Of a stretch of 64,000 nt of DNA, positions 46,120 to 57,324 are shown piece by piece. The stretch comes from Moniliella sp. 'wahieum'. Its lineage: Eukaryota. Every line of letters begins with the position of its first letter. Position 1 is the first letter of the stretch. Under the pieces are notes generated by a model, which saw only the letters and a program-made list of their open reading frames with translations, was not told the DNA's origin and did not search any database. A program made the position numbers and the translations under genes. Where the stretch lies: positions 248,001 through 312,000 of the forward strand of contig RSEE01000030.1 of NCBI GenBank assembly GCA_003971905.1, given 5' to 3'.

Positions 46120-48697
46120 TCACTCTGCACACATGACGAGGGGACCGGATTCCATACTTGGGACGAGCTCAAGTCCCCCTGTTTTTTTCTCGCCTCCCCA
46201 GGGATGTAGCCACAATGGATCAGCCAGGATGGCCTCGACAGACAAGCCGGTGGGCTCGCTGGTGAGCTGGAGGAAGGCATCCAGCCAATAGGGAGGCAAG
46301 GACTCTGATGGAGCGGGGTCAGGGGCCGGGGGCCTGCCTTGGGATACCACCGAGGCTGGGAGTACTGCCATTGGTGTTTCGGGCAAGATGGCCGAGTGGG
46401 GGACGGCAGTGGTGGCTGTTCGTAAAATTGGTGGGGTGGTCGGAACAGGATTGGGAGGGGGAGGGGCGGCTCTGGGTCCGAGGCGGATGCGTCCGAGGCT
46501 GGCGTGGCTGAGGCCATCGAGCTGGAGGGGGCTTTGCGCGCCTGATACATCTGACCTAGCATGTCGGACGAGTAATGCTCAATCTCGTCAACTCGTACCC
46601 CGCTCCCGTCGTTGTGCAGACGGTTGCGCTTGATGGCCTGCACAAACAGACGCTCCATGTTCGCCCGACAAATTGAGCGCGGCTGTACGCGGGTCACGTT
46701 CGGTTCCAGCACCGTGGTCCTTGGATCGCCCGCGCCGGAAAGTGAGGCTGTCCAGCAGATCAATCACAAAGGCCAACTCGCCATCAACGCCCCAGCCGGC
46801 GCCCGCTTTGACTACCGAAGAGGGAGGACTTGTGCGCCACAAGATATCAAAAATGAGGACCAGCCCACAGTTAAAGAGAGCATGGCGGGAACTCCAGGAA
46901 CGGATCAAGTCTTGACTCGAGTTAGTTAACCGTTGCCTTTGGCTGAGAGGGGGGGAGGGCAGCAAGACGTACTAATACCATGTACCCAACAACGCTGGCA
47001 GCCATATGATAGCATACGCGAGCACTCGATTGCGCGCCATACAGAGTAGGTTTCTGGGTTGGGTTCGTCAGCCGAGAGAGGAGGCACAGTTGGGTTGTCC
47101 AAAGGCTTTGGATGAAACATCTGGTACGGAATGCGGCTGGCGGGGTAGGACTTATCCGCCATCTTGCCATAGCCGAGCAGCAGGAAGGGCATATGAAGTG
47201 ATAGGAGCAGCGACATGATTCGGACGCGCAGCATGGCGGATTGGAACAAGATCCCGGGCAAGACGGCGGCCACGGCAACGTCGTACTCGGGCCGGTCGTA
47301 CTTTCTCACCTCAATGCGGAGGTACGAAGGCCTGCGACTGGCCTCATTCTGAATCAACTGATCTTGCTGCAAAACCTGAGAATAGCTCACCGTCCGCCGG
47401 CGCGCGGCGTCGTGCACACCCAGGTCACCCTGCCGGCGGTTGAGGTCCGCCAAGGCAATGTAGAAAGGCCAGATACACATGCACGCCGTCATCGTCTTCG
47501 GATCCGTATCCGCCAGGGTTCCATTCGAGGCTTTCAAGACTTCGAGCGGGAGAAAATGGTCTACGGGCAAGTCCCATTCGGTGGTGAAGGCCGGGAAAGA
47601 GAATGTAAGTGCCATAGGGTGCCGCATTCCAATCTTGCACACACAACGCAAGCCAAATCGATGCGGCTTCGAATCGCTCCAACGTCTGAGGACCCTCTGA
47701 AACTTTGCCTAGGCGATCCAAGCCCTGATTGCGGGCAGCGCGTATGCAAGCATCGAGGATGGCGGGGTCGCCAGCGGGCCAACCACTGAAGGAGGAGCAG
47801 ACAATGTTCGCCAGGCCGGCTTGGATGCGCAGCAGCCCAGTCTCAGAGGAGACAGCGAAGGCACTGCGCTCGGGTGGGCCCTGCGCAGCGTAGAAACACT
47901 CAGTGGCGGTGCGGGCAAGGCGTTTGGCCACGCCCGAGGGGCACCGTATCGTCAACCAGTCCCCATAGGACAAGCCGGTAGGTGGAGAGAGGTCGTAGAC
48001 GGTGGCGCAGACGGCGCAGAACCAGGAAAGAAAGGCGAGCCAGAAGGGTGGGTCGGCATAACAGCCGCGTATGCCATCACGATAGAGGGTGCGCACACGA
48101 GCGAGCATGGTAGCGGGGTTGTACATGGGAGTAGCAGGATAGACATCGGCAAGATACATATCCAGCACCTTTTCGGCCAACTCGACGGTGGCGGGAAGCA
48201 ACGTGAGGGCATGGGGGACTAGGTCTGCGGGGGACGTGCGCTGCGGAGAGGCAGGACGGGGGGACGGGAGGATGTGCTACCGACGAGAGATGGTGAACTG
48301 GGTCTGGAGGCGGGCCGGTAGAAGGCTGGGATGGAGCGGAGGGAGCGGAGGGAGCGGCCGAAGACGAGGGGGCAGAGGGGTGTGGCCGGGTGCGGCGGAG
48401 GCGGACGGTGCCGGTGCGGACACATTGGGCAGCAGTCATATCGCGTGCACGGCAGGCGGAACACTGGCCGCTGCCGGTCGCATCTGAAGGACCAAGGGGG
48501 CGAGTCAGGTGCCAGGGCTCAGGCATTGGGCTGCTGGGGGCAAGGCAGAAGGGGGCGAACACATACTTGATCTTGCTGGCGCGGCAGGCATCACACGACA
48601 GCTGCGGTCGTCTACGGGGGGGACGCCGCCCACCAGCACCCGGGAATGCGCCTGCAGGATCCGCACTGGGCTGCGCAGCGTCCTGGGCGGCGTGCAT
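46120..48697 (-). CDS. Zn(II)2Cys6 fungal transcription factor with middle homology region (introns, frameshifts)
   Basis: RRRPQLSCDACRASKIK|CD..CSACRAR..QC, split by a GTATGT intron; downstream LDACIRAARNQGLDRL, IWLALCVQDW, and HALFNCGLVLIFDIL. The 3' end is approximate. Confidence 0.85.
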
Positions 48698-49239
48698 GGC
48701 AACGGGCGTGGCGGCGACTGGCTTGGAAAGGGCCCAAACAGGAGGCGTGCCCCGCCATGCACCATGGGCGATCGAATGATGCCCACCGGAGGCCTGGCAG
48801 GTGCAGGCGGCTGATTAAAGTTCAGTTTCAGCTTCAATATTTCCTTTCGAATTTGAAAGTTGAAAGGTGGTGTTTGATGATTATATGCGCAAAGAGCGGC
48901 GCAGGCTGTCCGGAGGCACTGCGGAGGCGTGCGGAGGCGAGGCCAGATGCCTTTTGAAACGTCGAGGATGGCCTTTTGTGTCGCTTTGCCTGCGTGTGCT
49001 GCGTAAGCAGCACATCCCCAGCACACGGCGGCGGGAGATCTGAACGTTCAGTTCCCCAGACCCTCTGCTCCACATCCCTGACTGCCCTCCCGCGCCGTCA
49101 CCCACTGGCTCACGCGTGCCCTCTCACCCTCACCCCTCCGCTCCCTCGGTCTCCACGGACCATCCGAGGCCCAGGGCAGAGGGAGCCCCACTTATAAGCC
49201 CTCCTCCGTCCCCGCTGCACGCCCCCGCCGGCCCATCCC

Positions 49240-51569
49240 ATGTCTCCCACCCTCGCACAGCTCCACGCCGCCGCGGCCTCGTCCGCCACCACCGCCTACT
49301 CCTCGCCAACAGCCACTTCCATCTACAGCAGCCCCTCGCTCAACTCGAGCACCAGCTCCCTCCGCTCGCTCGAATCCACTGCCTCCCGCCCGTCCCGGCC
49401 GTCGACCCGGGAGGAATTCGAGCGCACCTGCGAGCCATGCAAATCCGCAAGCTCAAGTGCGACTCGGCGTACAAGTACGGAGACGAGAGTTGCAGTTCTT
49501 GCATCAAGCGCGGCCATCCCTGTGTCTTCCCGCCCCACAAGATCCGCATTCGCGCCGACGTTACCCCGCATGCTACCGACGATTTTACACTCTGGGAATC
49601 GACCTTGCTGCCGGCTACCATGACGACCCAGACCGACGGCCGAGGTGATCGAAACGATGATTGATCGCTTTTGCACGTCGGCCGGCATGGTTCTCCTTGC
49701 CATACCCCAGCGTGACATTTACGCTCGCTGGACCGTGTACAAGGACCATGCGTTGCATGCTCGTTGGGATGAAATCCAATCTGACCCAGCCTCCCTTTCC
49801 GTCCCCCTCCTCCTGGCCATCCTCACGTCTGCCGCTTCGTTGCCCGAAACGACGGATCCCAAAGTCCGTGAATATGGACTTAAAAAACGGATGGTCGTTG
49901 GCCTACCAAGCCGTTCAGCGCGTTCTTTCTGTCGACAGCACGAATGCTCAACACATCGCTGCCGGTACCTCACAACCCCGGCTCCTCTGTCCGGCTGGCC
50001 CATCCCTTGAGTTGTTGCAGGCCAACTTGCTCGTGAACTGGTTCTGGTGCGCCCACAACCGTCCCATCCAGCAGCGGGTGCATGCCACGTCGCGTGCACG
50101 TATGGCACATTGGGAATCCCTCTTCCGTCTTGCTGAAGATGCCAAAATGGGTATGATGCCGCACTTGCTTCATCCTTTTCCGGGTGCTGAGAAACACCTG
50201 GCATCTGACATGCAATCGCATCAGGGCAGGGTCGTACTCTGGTTCCTATGGGCAATGGACAAGGTTGTGGCCCTGGTTACCCAGCGCCACCTCTACTTCA
50301 TTGGACCGAGAACGAGGTGCCGCCCTTGTCTTTGGCAGACGTGCTCTGGGCTCGCCGAGGCATGGCAGGCATCACCGCGGGTCATGATGCGACTGAGGAG
50401 GAACACGCATACTGGGGCGAACTGAATGATCTGATTTTGCTGGGAAGGCACATCCTCCTCAACCAGCTTTTCAGCAACCAGCTTCAAGTACGCGCTTGTC
50501 TCCTCTCCCTACCCGAAGGGGACCAGAGCGGGATAGGTTCAACTGCCGAACAAACTCTGGTCGACAACCTCCTCCCTCGCCTGATTTGGATCAAGGAATG
50601 GGAACGACAACATAATGACCAGCGCAAGAGCCGGACAAGTTTGGCCAGTAAAGAGATCGGATTAATCTCGGACATGATCCAATGCGCTCACTTTGAACCA
50701 CTTGTGGTTATTCACCTCATGCGCGTACCAGACATGCTTTTATCGGACGTAGCCTTGGTCAGCAGCACGGGGCAACTTGTGCCTCGCACCAGTTGGCTTT
50801 CCTCGGCAACCAACTTGCTTCGTTCCCAAGGTTCATGTGTTGAGCAGTTGCCAACTTTGCATGCTGACATGGCAAGCGCTTTCCCCGTTCTTTTGGGGCG
50901 CCAGCATTGTGGCGGCGGGAGTGCTCAATCCCATTCGTACCGCTTGCGACGATCGGATGATCAACCTAGCCAGCTTTGTTGCTGCTCGCGAGGAGACGAC
51001 GACGGCTGCGTTCCCCAACATTCCCACTCTACCCCCTCCACCCAGTATCAACACAGCTACGACTGTACGTCTCCTTCGCCTCTTCTTCCCATTGAACTGC
51101 GAGAGACGAGATGCTGAGATGCTGACTTTTTTGTGTGATGCATCAGCAGATGATGGACATGGACATTCGTGCCCTCCTTGACACCAAGTCACCCTCAACC
51201 GCTCGTCCCAAAATCGACCCCGCGCCGTCCGACCCAAGTTTGATGCCTTCTGAGATTTTCCCCTCCTCCCTGGCTGCCGGCTTGCGTTCTGCCAACCCCG
51301 CGGACGCAATGGACCTCGCTTCCCCCTTCTCCTTCCGCAATTTTCTCAACCAAATTCCCGCCGTGCAAGAAATGGGCGAAGGAGGCCGTCCGTCGCGGGA
51401 CTTGATCTTTGGTCTGCCGCCGTTGTCGGACAATGGAGAGATGACCAACTTGTCTTCGGACTGCACTCCCAGTTGGTTCATGCCCCCGTTTGGGGAGGTG
51501 ATGTTTGGATCGGGCGCCAGCGTCCCCGCCCCCCCTGCCCCAGCGACAACGGCAGAGACTGCCTTGTAG
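49240..51569 (+). CDS. Zn(II)2Cys6 fungal transcription factor (frameshifted)
   Basis: RTCEPC.IRKLKCD..SCSSCIKRGHPCVFP; downstream PSLELLQANLLVNWF and GRVVLWFLWAMDK; TATA-like TTATAA ~45 bp upstream of the ATG. Confidence 0.8.
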
Positions 51570-52239
51570 CCTAGCTATTATTACCCTGACCCCCGGTGGG
51601 CCAACCAATAAGCATTCTCCAAGGCTGCCTTGCTCGTGTGTTGTACACTATCGGCTCCCCTTGGATTCTAACCGCGTGGACCTTATTATACCTGCTGCGT
51701 ACTCCACATCCATTTTCCACTTCTGTACTTAAGTCAGTCCTGGGCTGCCCAACTCGCGAGTGGGCGATTGGTCTAGCTGGCGCCGGCCTTCAATTCAACG
51801 TGTATATATCGGACAAGCAGCACATACCTAGACAACGAGACTGGTGCATGGCGGAAGGTGGCAACGAGGCAGCAGGCACTGGGGCCGAGTGCGAGTGTAC
51901 GAGGTGACGTTTGCTGGTTCTCCTTATTCTCCTTCCAACTTGCATAGATGGTATAAGGGCACGGTGTGAAAGGACCCCGGGGACAGTGTGGTGTTCGCAG
52001 AGAGTGGTATGTATGTGGTTCTCTACCTATAAGGGCAAGGAATCGATTCATCCCGTGCGCAGAAGAGAAGACTATAATATAATTGGTCGTCTTGGTCGAG
52101 AGCAAACGGACCCACCGCCGACCCCTCCTCGTGATAGTTGAAACGAGCAGCAACACAAAAACCATGCCAGTCATACAGAGATCCACACGGGCCCGGACAA
52201 GGCAGGCGGTAGAACGAGAGGGGACAAGGGAGTTACGAG

Positions 52240-52932
52240 TTACCAGTCTCCCCCACCAGAGTCGAGGCCATTGTCCATGCCCTGGTCATAGCCCTGGTCG
52301 TATGCTTCTTGTTCCTTGTGATCAATCACATCCTCCAGCAGCATGCCGCCCAGAAGACCTCTCCCAGCCCCAGCGCCGCGCCGCCCCATCGCCCAGACCG
52401 TGCTTCTTCTTGGCAGGCGCGGCTTGGATCACCGGGGGAGGCGGCTGCTGGTACACAGGCTGCTGGTACATCTGCGGCGGCGGTCCATACTGCGCGGGAC
52501 GCGGAGGCGGCGCACCATAGCCACCACCAGCTTGGGGACCGTACCCGCCATTCGGTGGAGGACCACCGTACCCTCCATGCGACGGAGGACCGCCGTACCC
52601 GCCACTCGACGGAGGACCGCCGTACCCGCCACTCGACGGAGGACCGCCGTACCCGCCATTCGACGGAGGACCGCGCCGTACCCTCCGCCGCCGCGCATAG
52701 TTGCCGGGCCATATCCGCGACTGGGGCCGTTGGCGCTATTGGGGCCCGAGGGTGGCGGCCCGCTGGGGGGGCAAAGTTTTGTTGCGGTGGATGCTCGTCG
52801 AGCGGGTGGACCCAGATGGAGCGCGGGGGCTGGCTGGTCGTGTCGACATAGAACCAGCGGCCGTAGTTGGTGTCAAACTGTTTGGTCCCGCAGCGGGGGC
52901 AGGGGCCGCTTGTCCTCGTTGGTGGCAGACAT
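52240..52932 (-). CDS. WW-domain, Gly/Pro/Tyr-rich protein (Wwm1-like), paralog of 60994-61608
   Basis: MSATNEDKRPLPP..TKQFDTNYGRWFYVDTTSQPPRSIWVHPLDE; GGYGGPP repeats; KKKHG..GLLGGMLLEDVIDHKEQEAYDQGY..GGGDW*. Confidence 0.85.
52538..52690. repeat. Coding minisatellite, 27 bp unit, ~5 copies (encodes xxGGYGGPP on the minus strand)
   Basis: CGGAGGACCGCCGTACCCGCCACTCGA and close variants in tandem. Confidence 0.9.
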
Positions 52933-53799
52933 GCGGAAAGGGCAGAGAAAGAGGGGACTAGGAGGCTGTGCTGGCGAGAGGGGGGCAGGACGCGGGTGGG
53001 GTGGGCGACAGCTGAAGCTTGGTGCAAAGGTGGAGGCGATATCAAAATCACAGGATGGCGCGCTACTCTGCGTCGATTGTTCTTGGCCCGGGCGGGCAGG
53101 GGGCGAGTGGCGAGGCTACGACGGATGGAGTGATCGTCGTCAGCTCCAGCAGACGCACCACACCAGTGTGTCGCGCGTACTGCTGCTGCCTGGAGGCGCA
53201 CGCGTCTGCGATGTACCCGTCAGGCCTCAGGGTACGCGCCCAGTCTGCTCTCTCCAATGGTCGTGGGGAGAGACAGCTGGGCAGACCTATCTCCTCATCG
53301 ATCCACAATCCATCGTCCTCCCCCCGCATTCGCATCCACTGCACCACGCAGCCTAGAACCCACCTGGCCAACGCGACCGGCCTCTTGGCATCGAGCATCG
53401 CTTCTAGGATCTGAATACGGGAATGCGTACGTGGGGACGGGCGGGATTCCATGTAGACAGACGCTCTGGGGCCCATGCGGCCTGTCGCCAACTGTCAAAC
53501 GAGCACGACCAGAGCGGGATCGGCAGGGCCATGCGTCCCGAACCAAACAAGGGCACGATGGGGGGGAGAAGGGGGCACTAGGGGGCAAAAAGCCCCAGGA
53601 GGACATAGCACATGCACATACGACATAGGACATAAGCGACCCACCGAGGCAGGGGGCCCAACACGTTACTGGCGTCCGGGGAAGGCGCACGGTAGGGGAA
53701 TCAGAGGGTAAACCACGTCTGGGCAACAGTAATATGGAGAGGGGAGAGGAAGGAGGGGGAGGGAAGTGCAGGGGTGCAGGCCACACGGAAAAAAACACA

Positions 53800-56700
53800 A
53801 GTGCGGCGGGAATGATCATGAGTTGAGCGACCACAGTTGCATTGCTCGGTTCATCTCCGACTGTGTGGGAAAACTGGTTAGTGGGTCTCTCTTCTTTTAC
53901 AGCTCGGTGAGTGTGAGTTGCGGGTGGGGGGGGGAAGAGACGTACAATTTGGTGGGCATCAGGGTACTCGCTCTCGGCGGGTGGAACTCGGGGGGAGGGG
54001 GAAGAGTGCTGGGTCCAGAACGCAGGGCGAGGTCCGGGGTCGTAGGGCTCGTAGGGCTCGTAGCCAAACTGGTCCAGGGTGGGGTCGAACGGCGGGTCGT
54101 AGAGGGCGCCATCGAATGCTTCGTACTCGACACGAGGCAGCAGCCCAGCCCCAACATCGAGCGATTGGGCACGTGACCCATCCGTCGCACGTCCTGCGGC
54201 CAAGGCGACGGGGGCGCGTCCCACCCCCGCATCGAGGATTCGCGCGCATAGGAGAAACTGTGCGCGGCTTGGTGTCCATTCCGTCGCCAAAAATCAGGCA
54301 GGGGGGCTCGCTCAAGGTAAGGGGAAGTACGCAGGGAAGCCAGAGTAGGACCGGACAGAGTTGTGAGCGTGGCGTGCCTGCGCTTGCGCTTGTGCCTGCG
54401 CTTGCACTTGCGCCTGCGCTTGCACTTGTGCCTGCGCCTGTGCCTGCGCCGCTTGTACAGCCTGCACCGCCTGTGCCGCTTGTGTGGCTTGTGTCGCGGA
54501 GCCTGCGCCAGAGAGGTCCGCGATCCGAGCACAGACTTGGCATGGGGTATGGAGCTGGCGGCGCGCACTCTCCGGCCTTCATCGAAACTTAGGCTGGGAT
54601 ACACTTCGGTTACGGGAGGAGCCGAGGGCGGAGGACCGCTTCGGACTCCCTTTCGGCTCCAGGTGGGCGAATCCGGGAGGTTGAGCCCAGAACCAGAAAG
54701 TCCCACGCCGCGGGTAGAGGGAAGATGGATGTGAGAGGAGAGGGAGAGGGAGTGGCGCTGGTAGAGGGGGATAGATGGGGGTAACCATAAAGGGAGAAGG
54801 TCGGGCGGTGGCCATGGCGAACCCAGCAGCGGCAGTGGGGGCCTGGAAGAAAGTATCCAGTAACGCCCGCACCGTTGGAAGAAGTGGGGCATGGGAGCGA
54901 GTGGTAAAGAGGTGGAGACATAAGGGCGGATCCTTTGCGTCCTCAGGATCGGGTAAGATTGAAAGACGAAGGTTAAATTCTCGTCGTAGCATGTCCGTCA
55001 GGAGCGTGAACTCGTGCGATGTCACAAAGTTACTAGGAGAGAGGGTGTGCACTCCCTCGTACGGCACTTGCTCCAGCAGCAGCTGGGCAACTCCAGGCAA
55101 TTGCAGGGCCGGGCCATAGATTGTTACCTCATCCGATGCTGTCTCACGCGGAGGGAACGAGATGGTACAACTATTGCGGGCTTCGAGGTCATGCAAAAGC
55201 ATAGCCCGTTCCGACGCTAGACTGCGATGGAACCAACGCGCAATAGGGAGAGTGGTGATGGTAAAGTCTCGATCCTTGGGGCAACCATTTCTAGCACAGC
55301 CGCTTTAAGATGCAGGAGGGAGGCGGTGTTCTTGCCCGGCGTGCGAGCCACGACATTGTCCTCGTTGCTGAGGTAGCCACCCAAGGAGGCAAATTCCTCA
55401 GCAGAGGAGAATTTGACGTACACTCCATACCGTTTCATGATGCGCTGATGTTTTTGCCGCCCACACCAATAATGCGCTTGTGATATGTCTCTGGCACATA
55501 GAAGGATATTTCGGCGGGTAACTCTCTTCCAAGCAAGCCAAACCGAGGAGAATGTTGCTTCCTTCGCAAGGCCCCTCCAGCCCGACCAACGATGCGACGG
55601 ACGCGACGGGAGAGGCAGTGAGCTCGAGTGGTGTGCCAAACGCAACCAGTTCAATCACAAAGTTGTATTCGTTAAGCCATCGTACTTGACCTGGACACTG
55701 GCCTGCTTCATAATCTTGTTGACCTTGCCGTTCTTCTTGCCCGAAATAAAGTCGCGGTGCTCGGCGGCAAGCTCAATGCGAACTGTCACTTCGGCGCGGG
55801 GATAGGTGCGCCGCACAAGCGGGTGAGGAGAAGGTGAGCAAGACCCGTTCGGACTTCACTCGAGGTCCCGCGGATCTCCACGCGACTTGCAGAGGGCGGC
55901 ATTGCTTCTCCCACCCAGTTTGGTCGCAACGGGGCGGGGGGTTCAAAGTGCACTTCGGCACCCGATACGAGGGCCACATCCTGCACCAGCTTTGCGACTT
56001 CCTCTTGCTGGATGGGGGTGCACATGTCCAAGAGGGCGACACTGGCGAGGTAAAATTGAGAAGCAAGGGCCATCAGGGCACGCAAAGTGCGCTCAATCGA
56101 GGCCCGGTTGTCGCCCAGCACTTGGACTCGGCCCTCGGAGCTTCCAGCGGAGGCAGGGAGATATGAGTTCCATTATCAGTCCCAATGGACGTGAGTTCGT
56201 CCATCTTGTGCAATAAGAGCCAATCCAATTTGCATGGCAGCATCCGGCCTCCTTGGAAAGCATAACAGAGACCTTGTGCTGCGCGATCTGCAAACCATTT
56301 CCTTCGCCCTGGCCACGCCGGCAGAGGTACCGGTAAAGTACACGGTGTGGGATGCTTGCGCCAAGAGAGCGTCTTGGTTCGAATCGGGGGGGTGGACCCA
56401 GCCAAAGGTGGTGGGGGCAAAGTAGATGGAGGTACCGGTATCGCCCTGGATTGTCTGGACCACACAACGTTTGCGGCCTCCGAGGATGTTGAGCAAGGTG
56501 CAATCAAGCTCGCACGTGTCGGTCTCCAGCCCGTTCTGCCAGTCGGGCGCAAGATGGTTAGCGCAGTGCGACAACAAAGGAGAGGCGGTGGGCGATGGGC
56601 GATGGGACGTACCAGTTCGTCGCACAGGACCAAGACGCGGATGCGGGCCAGAGCCACGGCATCGGACGAGCCGCGGATGTCGACCTGAGCAAAGGTTTCG

Positions 56701-57113
56701 TCCTCGGCCTGGGCCAAGGCGGCGATGGGGGTATCATGGGAAGCGTCAGACAAGACCACGTCGGTGGCGGTGGCGGCGGCGATGGCGGGCAGGGGGGGTG
56801 AGCTGGGGCGGAGGCGGGAGGGACACGGAGGTGGTGGAGGGTGTGCTGTGGGGCGTCGGAGGAGGGCGGTGCGGGCGCTGGCGAGGGCCGGGGGGGTCCG
56901 GCGAGGTGCCAGACAAGCTGGGTGGGGTCGGGGGGGGGCTGGCGGTGGAGGGAAGGGGAGGGGGCGGGGGGGTGCGGGTGGGGGCGGCGGGGGGTGGGGG
57001 CGGGCAGGGCGGGGGGCGCAGGACGCGTCGGCGCCGAGGGCGGTGAGGGCGGCGCGCAGCTGCACCGTGGGCGTGGCGGCGGGGACGACGAGCGCGGCCG
57101 TCGCCGACGCCAT
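53800..57113 (-). CDS. Multi-KH-domain RNA-binding protein, Khd4/Mug60 family (intron, frameshifts)
   Basis: NILGGRKRCVVQTIQGDTGTSIYF, KLDWLLLHKMDEL, GDNRASIERTLRALM, IELAAEHRDFISGKKNGKVNKIMK, HKRIIGVGGK, QRIMKRYGVYVKFSSAEEFASLGGY..DNVVARTPGKN and FPPRETASDEVTIYGP. The 3' end is uncertain. Confidence 0.85.
54375..54485. repeat. Low-complexity 6-bp-based repeat encoding (AQ)n in the KH protein
   Basis: GCCTGC/GCTTGC/GCTTGT hexamers in tandem. Confidence 0.8.
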
Positions 57114-57324
57114 GCTTGCGGGTGAGGGGGGCTCGGCTAGCGGCTGCTGCTGGGCTGAGCCAGCGAGGCCACTGCGGGCCGCTGGGCGGTGCCCTTGCAG
57201 CGCATGACGTAAGCTATTCTGTTTGTTCCGACCTCACGTGATGCGGAGGCGGCAGGCGGGGGCTGTGCTGGCGTGCGAGGGGCGGGCGGATGAGATAAGC
57301 AGGCACGGGCGGGTGGAGATGCAG

